Under the pieces are notes generated by a model that did not search any database, was not told where the DNA came from, and saw only the letters and a list, made by a program, of their open reading frames with translations. Of a stretch of 22,119 nucleotides of DNA, positions 8,754-16,931 are shown in pieces. Source of the DNA: Candidatus Latescibacterota bacterium. GTDB taxonomy: Bacteria > Latescibacterota > UBA2968. The stretch is taken from the NCBI GenBank assembly GCA_038279365.1, contig JAYODI010000092.1, positions 1-22,119 on the forward strand. The letters run 5' to 3'. The number at the start of each line of letters is the position of its first letter. The first letter of the stretch is position 1. The translations under genes and the position numbers were made by a program.

Positions 8754-10034
8754 CTATTTTGATGATTTTGCGATGGCCCGATGCCCAATGTCACGTCGGT
8801 AATAATGATCTTTAAAGCTGATTTTAGATACCGCCTCATACGCTTTGTCAATAGATGCTTTGATGTCGTTGCCCACGGCATTAATGGCCAAGACGCGGCC
8901 GCCATCTGTGACGAGTTGACCGTCTTTGATATTGGTGCCAGCGTGAAAGACGGTGACGTCGTTTAGTGCTTCTGCATCTTCAATGCCTGAAATCGGAAAA
9001 CCGACTTTATGGGCAACAGGGTAACCGCCAGAGGCCATAACAACGGTGGTTGCCGCACGGGTATCGAGTTCGATGTCAAGATCTGCAACGGTGCCATTGC
9101 ACACGGCAGTGACAACGTCCATCAGGTCGGTTTTCATGAGTGACAAAACGGCTTGCGTTTCGGGGTCACCCATCCGACAATTAAATTCGATAACTTGTGG
9201 GCCATCTTTGGTGACGATAATGCCTCCATAGAGAATGCCTTTGTAAGGGCGTCCTTCTTTGGCAAGGGCATCTACGGTGCGTTTCATCACGCGTTCGACA
9301 ATGTCGTCAAAAAGTTCGGGTGTGATGATCGGGGCAGGGGCATAAGCACCCATGCCACCCGTGTTTAAGCCCGTGTCTCCTTCACCAATTGTTTTGTGAT
9401 CTTGGGCGGGCACGATGCACACAATGTCTTTGCCATCGGTAAAACCAAATATGGATGCTTCTTCGCCTTCGAGCAAGCCCATTGCGACCAGTTTGTCGCC
9501 TGAGGTGCCAAATTTGTGATCTACGAGCACTTCGTCAACTGTTTTGTAAGAAGCTTCAAGATCTTTACAATAAATGGCACCTTTGCCTGCGGCGAGGCCA
9601 CTGACCTTGAGATAGAGAGGGTGTTGCCATTCTTTGAGTTGTCTTTTGGCGGTTTCGGCGTCGGTGTATGTTTCAAAAGGTGCGGTTGGCACCTTATATT
9701 TATGCATGAGTTCGAGTGCAAAGTCTTTATCGGCTTCTATTTGTGCAGCTTTTTGTGTGGGGCCAAAAACGGTGAGACCACGTGCTTCAAAGCAGTCTAC
9801 AATACCCGCATCTAAAGGGCCTTCTGGGCCAATGATGGTGATGTCGATATTTTCTTTTTGAGCAAAGTCGGCAAGCCCTTCTATGTCGCTGTCAGTAATA
9901 TTGACACATTCGGCGTGTTGGGCCATGCCGGGGTTGCCTGGTGCGGCATAGAGTTTGGAAATTTTACTGCTTTGGGCCAGTTTCCAGACAAAGGCGTGTT
10001 CACGACCTCCTTTGCCAACAACGAGAACTTTCAT
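8754..10034 (-). CDS. purD: Phosphoribosylamine--glycine ligase
   Basis: MKVLVVG.GGREHA, APGNPG, GLAAGKG, QDHK...[37 protein letters not shown] and YRRDIG. Confidence 0.98.
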   Translation of the reverse strand: MKVLVVGKGGREHAFVWKLAQSSKISKLYAAPGNPGMAQHAECVNITDSDIEGLADFAQKENIDITIIGPEGPLDAGIVDCFEARGLTVFGPTQKAAQIEADKDFALELMHKYKVPTAPFETYTDAETAKRQLKEWQHPLYLKVSGLAAGKGAIYCKDLEASYKTVDEVLVDHKFGTSGDKLVAMGLLEGEEASIFGFTDGKDIVCIVPAQDHKTIGEGDTGLNTGGMGAYAPAPIITPELFDDIVERVMKRTVDALAKEGRPYKGILYGGIIVTKDGPQVIEFNCRMGDPETQAVLSLMKTDLMDVVTAVCNGTVADLDIELDTRAATTVVMASGGYPVAHKVGFPISGIEDAEALNDVTVFHAGTNIKDGQLVTDGGRVLAINAVGNDIKASIDKAYEAVSKISFKDHYYRRDIGHRAIAKSSK

Positions 10035-10103
10035 GTGGAATCTCCCGAGTCCGTGCGATAAAATTGATGGGTGATGTGAGGGTGTAAATTTTTTTAGCGT
10101 AGA

Positions 10104-11150
10104 TCATTGTTCCCAAATGCGCACACCAAAACGACTGAGGTAGATGGGAATGTTTTTGAATAAGGGATTGTCTGACTCAATTTCTTTGATGAGGGCACGT
10201 TTTTCAGAGGCATTTTCACCACATAACAATGTGAGCGACCCACCATCTCCGCCAGCACCGTTGACCTTCCAGCCGATGGCGTGATGTGATTTGGCAATGT
10301 CGATAATGCGTTGTGCATCTTGGCTGATGAGGTATGGGTTGAGGTTGCCTTGTGCGTTTGTGTTGCGCACCATGGTGTCACCCAATGCGTGAAAGTCGTT
10401 GGCAAAGAGGGCATCGCGCGATTGTTCGGCAGTGATGCGCAATGCTTCCAGTTTGGGGTTTTCTGGGCCTGCATCTTCGAGTTCGTGAATGACGCGTTCG
10501 TGTACGTTGGAGGAACTGTGTGATTTGCCTAAGTAGATTAGAACAAGACGGCGCTCGAGTTCCCACCAGGTGGTGTTGGGAATGTGAATTTGGGAGATGG
10601 AGGCGCGAGGGTAGTCAAACATGTCAATGTAATTGATGCCCCCATAAGCAGAGCAAAGTTGATCTTGAATGCCACATTGTTGTTTGAGCATGTCGGTTTC
10701 AACCGATTGGGCAACGTAGGCAATTTCGTGAGGGGTTAGACGCCCGGGAGTGAGTTGGTCAAGGGCGCCAATTAGGGCAACGGTGACCGCTGCAGATGTT
10801 CCTGTGGAGCCTCCTGCGGGGGCCTCGGAAAAGATGGTGACTTGCACTGCGAAATTTTCGGGCACTCCCATGCGCTCAATGGCGGCTTCAAGCAGTGGGT
10901 GACGGTCCCAATTAAGGTTTTCGGGGTGGACGACATATCGCTCGCCATAATTTTCGGCATGAAGCACAATTCTGTCATGGCGATCTATTCGGTTGAAAAC
11001 CTCAATTTGAACTTCGGCATATGGATAGACACCAATGTTAAAGATTTTGCCGTGTTTGGCAAACCACGTGTCTGTCCAGCCCCCGTTGTCACAAATGCGA
11101 ATGGGGGCAACGCTATTGATGATGCGGATGGGATTGGGTGTGTCTGACAT
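10104..11150 (-). CDS. GHMP-family sugar kinase, HddA (D-glycero-alpha-D-manno-heptose-7-phosphate kinase)-like
   Basis: AP.RI...GGWTD, PAGGSTGTSA, GIQDQ...AYGGIN and GWKVNGAGGDGG. Confidence 0.82.
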   Translation of the reverse strand: MSDTPNPIRIINSVAPIRICDNGGWTDTWFAKHGKIFNIGVYPYAEVQIEVFNRIDRHDRIVLHAENYGERYVVHPENLNWDRHPLLEAAIERMGVPENFAVQVTIFSEAPAGGSTGTSAAVTVALIGALDQLTPGRLTPHEIAYVAQSVETDMLKQQCGIQDQLCSAYGGINYIDMFDYPRASISQIHIPNTTWWELERRLVLIYLGKSHSSSNVHERVIHELEDAGPENPKLEALRITAEQSRDALFANDFHALGDTMVRNTNAQGNLNPYLISQDAQRIIDIAKSHHAIGWKVNGAGGDGGSLTLLCGENASEKRALIKEIESDNPLFKNIPIYLSRFGVRIWEQ

Positions 11151-11177
11151 ATTTTAACTTTTGACAGATGATTGCAT

Positions 11178-11915
11178 TTAATCTGCGTATGTGTCTTCGG
11201 GCGTTTGTGTGATCAGTGTGCCCACATCTTCACCTTCTACAATGCGCTGAATAAATCCTTTGGGTTCAAAGTCAAATACATGAATGGGCAAGTGGTGATC
11301 GCGTGCCAATAAGACGGCGGTTTGGTCTAAGGCCCCTAAATTTTCACGCACAACCGTGTTGTAGTTGATGGTGTGATAGCGTTTGGCACTGCTGTTTTTG
11401 TTGGGGTCGTCGGTGTAGAGGCCATTGGTTTTGTTTTTGGCAAAGAGAATGGCATCGGCTTGTACTTCGAGTGCCCGTTGCACACCTGGGTAATCGGTGG
11501 TCACATAGGGGTTGCCAATGCCACCAGCAAAAATGACGATGTAACCTTTGTCCATGTGACGACGCGCAACAAGGCGGATAAAGGGTTCAGCCACAGCATT
11601 GATGGGAATGGCGGTCATGACGCGCACTTCGGCATCGCTTTTGGCGTTGAGCACGCCGCGCAACATCAGGGCGTTGATAATGGTGCCAAGCATGCCAATG
11701 TTGTCAGCTTCGGCACGGTCTATGCCCCATTGGGCCCCCAAACTGCCGCGCAAGATGTTGCCACCACCAATTACAATGCCAATTTCAACCCCACGTCCAT
11801 GTAGATCGAGAATTTCATCTGCAATGTGCTCCAATGATTCTGGATCAAAACCTGATTCACGCGGGCCAGAAATGGCACCGCCACTGAGTTTGAGCAGTAC
11901 GCGTTTGTATCTCAT
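11178..11915 (-). CDS. pyrH: Uridylate (UMP) kinase
   Basis: YKRVLLKLSG, IVIGGGNILRG, AD.IGMLGT.IN, GIGNPYVTTD and GLYT.DP; RBS GGGAG. Confidence 0.93.
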   Translation of the reverse strand: MRYKRVLLKLSGGAISGPRESGFDPESLEHIADEILDLHGRGVEIGIVIGGGNILRGSLGAQWGIDRAEADNIGMLGTIINALMLRGVLNAKSDAEVRVMTAIPINAVAEPFIRLVARRHMDKGYIVIFAGGIGNPYVTTDYPGVQRALEVQADAILFAKNKTNGLYTDDPNKNSSAKRYHTINYNTVVRENLGALDQTAVLLARDHHLPIHVFDFEPKGFIQRIVEGEDVGTLITQTPEDTYAD

Positions 11916-11963
11916 TTTTTTAATTCTCCCTAATGGTATCGTCTGGTGTTATTGGCAGGGCTA

Positions 11964-11991
11964 AATATAGGTTGTGTTCCAATGGTGTCAA
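11964..11991 (-). promoter_or_regulatory. Sigma70-type promoter upstream of pyrH
   Basis: On the minus strand: TTGACA (11991-11986), 16-nt spacer, TATATT (11969-11964). Confidence 0.7.
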
Positions 11992-12094
11992 TGAATTTCC
12001 CAGCGTGTGGAGATGCCTCATCTTTTAATTGACTTTTACGCACAATTTCACAACTTCTATGGAACGCTTTAGACGTTTACCTGAAAGGAAGAGG

Positions 12095-14086
12095 ATGAGT
12101 GCTTTATCTGATAACATAGACAAGGAAGCAAGACAAGATGTTTTGCCAATGGCACAAGGCATCACAATAAGAGCCATTGTGTTGGGAACGTTTATCTCTA
12201 TTATTGTCAATCTGTTGCCCGCCTATTCGGCTTATATTGTGCATTCTTCACGCATGGTTTTTGGGCATTTGCCAATGGCCACAATGGTGGTTTTTACGTT
12301 GGTGGCTTGGCCCATTAATTTGTTGTTTAAAGTGCTCAACCCCAAGTGGGTTTTGAACCGGGGTGAAATGGTTGTGGTTTTTTGTATGGGCTGGATCAGT
12401 GCGGCCATTCCGGCTGCCAATTTTATGGGGTTGTTGATTGGTGCCATCGCGGCCCCTTTTTATTATGCCACAGCAGAAAATCGGTGGAGTGAATATTTGC
12501 TTGAATATTTGCCTCGGTGGGCGATCCCCACCAATGATCGTGGGCAGATGACATGGTTTTTTGAGGGCAAACCACCGGGTACACCCATTCCTTGGGATGT
12601 TTGGTTTGGGCCTTTGCTTTGGTGGGGGTCTTTTTTGGTGGCGCTGGCCTTGGTGAGTGTGGCCATCGTGGCCATTTTGCGCAAGCAGTGGGTAGAGCGC
12701 GAACGTTTGCCCTTTCCACTGGCCGAAGGTCCTTTGGCGATGACGGAAGAAGGCCGTGGTTCTGGCGATTATGTCTTGTTTCACAATCGGTTGTTTTGGA
12801 TCGGTGTGGCCATTCCCTTTTTTATTATTTGTTGGAATATTGCGGGTTATTTTTGGCACTTATTGCCGTCCATCGATTTGTTTACCCAATTTCATACAGT
12901 TTCTTTGGGGCGTGGGTTTCCGTCTATTCAAATGAAGTTAAACTTTTTTATTTTGGGTTTTGCGTTTTTTACAAATCTCGATATTCTGTTTAGCTTGTGG
13001 TTTTTTTATTTGATAGGTGTGATCCAAACGGGAGTGTTTGATCGTTTTGGATATACCATTGGTGCGTCTGATATTTGGGGTTCCAATGGTGGGGCTGCGA
13101 TGGGGTGGCAAGCTGAAGGGGCATTTATAGCCTTTACACTTACGGGGTTGTGGATGGGGCGCGAGCATTTGAAGCAGGTGTGGCGCAAAGGACTTTATAA
13201 CGACCCAGACATTGATGACAGCAATGAGCTGATGTCTTATCGCAATGCGCTTATTGCAGGTGCTGTAGGTATTTTGTTTATGTTTTTTTGGTTGTGGCGC
13301 TCGGGCATGTCGCCTGTGGTGGCTGGGGTGTTTTTGATGGCGTTGTTGCTCATGACCATTGGTGTAAGCCGCATTGTGGCAGAATCGGGGCTGATGTATG
13401 CGCGTATGCCCATTACACCGCAAAGTTTTACGTTTTATACCATTGGCATCAGCAATATGGAATCGCCCAGTGCCGCGGCTTTGGGCTTGTCTTATAGCAC
13501 ATTTGGGTTGGGCAATACATTTGGAGCCACCACGTTGGCACATATTGCGCGTTTGGGTGCTGAGTTGCATTTAAAGACGCGTTCTTTGTTTGCTGTTACC
13601 ATTTTTGCATTGGTGTTGTCGCTGGTGGTGTCTGCCGTGTTTACGTTGTATTTGGGCTATGCGCACGGGGCTTATAATTTTAATGTTTATACCTTTAACA
13701 GTGGCAACAGAGTGGTTTTTGACAATGTGGTCCAGAAGTTACAAACGCCATTCGATACCAGTTTTGACCGTCTTATGTTTTTGGGTATTGGTGCCAGCGT
13801 AGCCAGTTTGTGTAGCTTTTTGCGGTATCGCTTTTTGTGGTGGCCTTTGAGCCCTATTGGTCTGACGGTCTTTACTACGGGTGTGATACAACGCCAAGTG
13901 TCTATGATTTTTTTGGCTTGGCTGATCAAGTTTGTGCTGCTTAAAATTGGGGGAATTACGTTATATCGGCGCGCACACCCCTTGTTTTGGGGGTTGTTGT
14001 TGGGCTATGTGGTGGGCATTGGTTTGATTTTTGTTGTGGATACATTTTTCTTTATGGGACAAGGTCATTTGGTGCATCAATGGTAA
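12095..14086 (+). CDS. Large polytopic membrane protein, DUF6785/DUF6784 (OPT-like putative transporter)
   Basis: About 663 aa with many TM helices. GITIRAIVLG, RKQWVERERLPFPLA, RIVAESG, RYRFLWWPL.PIG and K.GG..LYRRA.P.FWGL are recognised from memory of this family. RBS AAGGAAGAGG before ATG 12095. Confidence 0.72.
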   Translation: MSALSDNIDKEARQDVLPMAQGITIRAIVLGTFISIIVNLLPAYSAYIVHSSRMVFGHLPMATMVVFTLVAWPINLLFKVLNPKWVLNRGEMVVVFCMGWISAAIPAANFMGLLIGAIAAPFYYATAENRWSEYLLEYLPRWAIPTNDRGQMTWFFEGKPPGTPIPWDVWFGPLLWWGSFLVALALVSVAIVAILRKQWVERERLPFPLAEGPLAMTEEGRGSGDYVLFHNRLFWIGVAIPFFIICWNIAGYFWHLLPSIDLFTQFHTVSLGRGFPSIQMKLNFFILGFAFFTNLDILFSLWFFYLIGVIQTGVFDRFGYTIGASDIWGSNGGAAMGWQAEGAFIAFTLTGLWMGREHLKQVWRKGLYNDPDIDDSNELMSYRNALIAGAVGILFMFFWLWRSGMSPVVAGVFLMALLLMTIGVSRIVAESGLMYARMPITPQSFTFYTIGISNMESPSAAALGLSYSTFGLGNTFGATTLAHIARLGAELHLKTRSLFAVTIFALVLSLVVSAVFTLYLGYAHGAYNFNVYTFNSGNRVVFDNVVQKLQTPFDTSFDRLMFLGIGASVASLCSFLRYRFLWWPLSPIGLTVFTTGVIQRQVSMIFLAWLIKFVLLKIGGITLYRRAHPLFWGLLLGYVVGIGLIFVVDTFFFMGQGHLVHQW

Positions 14087-14090
14087 GAAC

Positions 14091-14139
14091 GGCAAAAGGC
14101 AAATGCGAAATGGTAAATGCTGATTGAGAGATGTGAGTT
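14091..14139 (+). repeat. Degenerate heptamer tandem array
   Basis: GGCAAAA GGCAAAT GCGAAAT GGTAAAT GCTGATT GAGAGAT GTGAGTT, starting 4 nt after the stop codon. Confidence 0.55.
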
Positions 14140-14192
14140 GTTTGTGTTAAGACTTTATGATATCTGGTGCTTATTTGGATGGGAGAATGAAT

Positions 14193-14999
14193 ATGGCTGT
14201 TAAAAAGGTTTTAATTACGGGTGTTTACGGGCTTATTGCGGGTGCATTATTTGATCATTTAAATGGTCAGCCCGATCAATATGAAGTGTATGGTTTGGCA
14301 CGGCGCAAGGTGTCTTCAGATCGCGTGGCCAAAGGGCAAGTGGTGGATGTACCGCAAGAGCGGTTTTTCTTAGCCGACATGTCCGATTTGGGTGTGGTGC
14401 AAGATGCGGTGCGCGGTATGGATGTGGTGGTGCATATGGCGGCCAATCCCGCGCCAGATGCCCCTTGGGAAGCGATTTTGAATAGCAATATGATTGGGGG
14501 TTACAACGCATTTGAAGCATGTCGCTTAGAAGGTGTGCCACGAATTGTGTATGCCAGCTCTATTATGGCCACGTGGGGGTATCAACACGATGAGCCTTAT
14601 AAGTCGATTAAAGAAGGACGCTTTGATGATGTGCCCAAAGATTTTCATATTGTCAAACATACCGACCCCGTGCGCCCAACGGAGCCTTATTCGGCCAGCA
14701 AAGTGTGGGGGGAAGCGTTGGCAAGGACTTATGCCGACGTACATGGTTTGTCGTGTTTGTGCATGCGCATTGGGTGGGTGAATGCACAAGATTCACCGGG
14801 TACATTGGCCAGTGGGGCATTTTGGTGTAGCCAGCGCGATATTGTGCAATTGGCAGAAAAATGTGTGAATGCGCCTGCCGATTTGAAGTTTGATATTTTT
14901 TATGGCTTGTCTGAATGTGAATATCGCTGGGCAGATATTTCCCATGCCAATGAGGTGCTGGGGTATGCGCCACAAGATCGGGCGGAGGATCGCATTTGA
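14193..14999 (+). CDS. NAD(P)-dependent epimerase/dehydratase family, uronate dehydrogenase-like (copy 1)
   Basis: TGVYGLIAG, VVVHMAA, YASS, YSASK and RIG; GGAG 7 nt before ATG 14193. Confidence 0.88.
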   Translation: MAVKKVLITGVYGLIAGALFDHLNGQPDQYEVYGLARRKVSSDRVAKGQVVDVPQERFFLADMSDLGVVQDAVRGMDVVVHMAANPAPDAPWEAILNSNMIGGYNAFEACRLEGVPRIVYASSIMATWGYQHDEPYKSIKEGRFDDVPKDFHIVKHTDPVRPTEPYSASKVWGEALARTYADVHGLSCLCMRIGWVNAQDSPGTLASGAFWCSQRDIVQLAEKCVNAPADLKFDIFYGLSECEYRWADISHANEVLGYAPQDRAEDRI

Positions 15000-15799
15000 C
15001 ACAAAAGGTGTTGGTGACGGGTGTCAATGGTTTGATCGGCGGAGAAGTGTTTGCATATTTGGCCGATTTGGGTGATGCATTTGACGTATATGGTTTAGAC
15101 CGTTCTGTTTTGCCATCTGCACGTGTTTCGAAAGGCCGAACAGCAGGTGTGCCACAAACGCGGTTTTTTGAAGTGGATCTGACCCATTTTGACCGCGTGA
15201 CGTCTGCTTGTAAAGGCATGGATGTGGTGGTGCATTTGGCGGCCAATCCCGACCCAGATGCAGATTGGGATGATTTGCTCAAGAGCAATATTATGGGCAC
15301 GTATCACGTTTTTGAGGCATGTCGTTTGGCGGGTGTGAAGCGTGTGGTTTATGCCAGTTCGGGGCAAGCGATTTTGGGATATCGCCTTGATGAGCCTTAT
15401 AAGTCGTTGGTTGAAGGGCGATTGGACGATGTACCCCAATCATTTGCCAAAGTGGATCACACCATGCCTACACGTCCGCTAAACGCATATGGATCTACCA
15501 AAGTATGGGGCGAGGCGTTGGCGCGCACCTATGCTGATGCACATGGCCTGTCTTGTTTGTGTATTCGTTTTGGATGGGTGATTGCAAATGATGCGTTGCC
15601 TTACCCACATGGGCGTGATGTGTGGTGCAGTTGTCGCGATGCGGTGCAAATGGTTACGCGATGTGTGATGGCCCCAAGTGATTTGAAGTTTGATATTTTT
15701 CACGCATTTTCACAAAGCGATTATTTGTGGAAAGACATTGATCATGCCCGCGATGTTTTGGGATATATCCCCCAAGACAATGTTGCAAATTTTGTGTAG
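14996..15799 (+). CDS. NAD(P)-dependent epimerase/dehydratase family, uronate dehydrogenase-like (copy 2)
   Basis: TGVNGLIGG, VVVHLAA, YASS and YGSTK; TTG start overlapping the upstream TGA, with GGAGG RBS. Confidence 0.88.
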   Translation: MTQKVLVTGVNGLIGGEVFAYLADLGDAFDVYGLDRSVLPSARVSKGRTAGVPQTRFFEVDLTHFDRVTSACKGMDVVVHLAANPDPDADWDDLLKSNIMGTYHVFEACRLAGVKRVVYASSGQAILGYRLDEPYKSLVEGRLDDVPQSFAKVDHTMPTRPLNAYGSTKVWGEALARTYADAHGLSCLCIRFGWVIANDALPYPHGRDVWCSCRDAVQMVTRCVMAPSDLKFDIFHAFSQSDYLWKDIDHARDVLGYIPQDNVANFV

Positions 15800-15925
15800 G
15801 GGCGAGGTCCTCTCGCCCTGTGTTGGATTTTGTTGAACGCGATCTCCGCACCCAATATGTGTTTTGGTCGCGATCCCCATGTTCGACGTTGCAAATTTTT
15901 CGTAGGGGCGCGGTCTCCGCGCCTG
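15782..15925 (+). repeat. Two GTAG-family REP-like palindromes in direct orientation, 106 nt apart
   Basis: GTAG-GGGCGAG-GTCCT-CTCGCCC (15796-15818) and GTAG-G-GGCGCGG-TCT-CCGCGCC (15902-15923), each preceded by GTTGCAAATTTT. Confidence 0.75.
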
Positions 15926-15953
15926 ATATCTGCCCATTTGAAGGAGCCAAAAT

Positions 15954-16736
15954 ATGAAGGTGATGATCACAGGTGTATATGGTTTAATTGCTGGTGCGTT
16001 ATACAAACATTTGGCCCAGTTGCCACAATATGATGTCTATGGATTGGCACGGCGTCGGCAAGATTCTGAGCGTGTGGCCGATGGAGAGGGTGTGGATGTG
16101 CCCGAAGAGAAATTTACATTGTCAGATATGTCTGATGTGAATGTGTTAATAGAAGCTTTTAAAGGCATGGATGTGGTGGTGCACTTGGCGGCCGATCCCA
16201 GTGGTGGTGGTGGGTGGGAAAGCGTGCTGAAGAGCAATATTGTGGGGGCTTACAATGTGTTTGAAGCGTGTCGGTTGGCGGGCGTGCCACGCATAGTGAA
16301 TGCCAGTTCTATTCAAGCCTCTTCGGGATATCGCACCATTGAGCCTTATAAATCATTTGCTGATGGCACGTATAAGGGTGAACGCCCTATTGTGGATCAT
16401 ACGATGCCCACACGCCCGATGAATATTTATGCTTCGAGTAAAGTGTGGGGTGAAGCTTTGGGGCGCACCTATGCCGATGTGCATGGCATGTCGGTGTTGT
16501 GTGTGCGCATTGGTTGGGTGGTTAAAGAAGACAAACCACGTCCCAATGGCGCCGATATTTGGTGTAGCAAACGCGATATTGTGGCCATTCACGAATGTTG
16601 TATCAATGCACCCAAAGATGTGCGTTATGGCATTTTTTATGGGATGTCAGACAATCAATATCGGTGGGTTGATCTTGACCATGCCCGTAATGTATTGGGC
16701 TTTGTGCCTCAAGATCGTGCAGAAGATCGCACGTAA
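15954..16736 (+). CDS. NAD(P)-dependent epimerase/dehydratase family, uronate dehydrogenase-like (copy 3)
   Basis: TGVYGLIAG, VVVHLAA, NASS, YASSK and RIG; RBS AAGGAG. Confidence 0.88.
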   Translation: MKVMITGVYGLIAGALYKHLAQLPQYDVYGLARRRQDSERVADGEGVDVPEEKFTLSDMSDVNVLIEAFKGMDVVVHLAADPSGGGGWESVLKSNIVGAYNVFEACRLAGVPRIVNASSIQASSGYRTIEPYKSFADGTYKGERPIVDHTMPTRPMNIYASSKVWGEALGRTYADVHGMSVLCVRIGWVVKEDKPRPNGADIWCSKRDIVAIHECCINAPKDVRYGIFYGMSDNQYRWVDLDHARNVLGFVPQDRAEDRT

Positions 16737-16795
16737 GTGTTCAAGATGCCTGTTGTGTGGGCTTGTTTGTCTGGCTGAGTTTCTTATATTTGAAG

Positions 16796-16831
16796 AAGCG
16801 TCCTTTTGGGCTCGCCCATTGGGCGCTTTTT
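16796..16831 (+). terminator. Probable intrinsic terminator after the SDR cluster
   Basis: AAGCGTCC...GGGCGCTT outer stem with an inner TGGGC/GCCCA stem, ending in a T-run (16827-16831). Confidence 0.5.
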
Positions 16832-16931
16832 GCATTTGGGAGATGGGTTTGGCACCACCCTTTGCGTTGCTTTGTTCGGTGAAGATGTCTTCTTTTTGGT
16901 TATGACTGGGTGTTAAAAGATTGGCGAAAAT

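Noticed and set aside
12029-12056. Plus-strand promoter (TTGACT) for the OPT-like gene
   Set aside because: Good -35 but no convincing -10 at 16-18 nt spacing.
12248-15300. Long antisense ORFs (12248-12859, 12938-13570, 14653-15300) and similar overlapping ORFs elsewhere
   Set aside because: Shadows of well-supported genes on the opposite strand, with no motifs or RBS.
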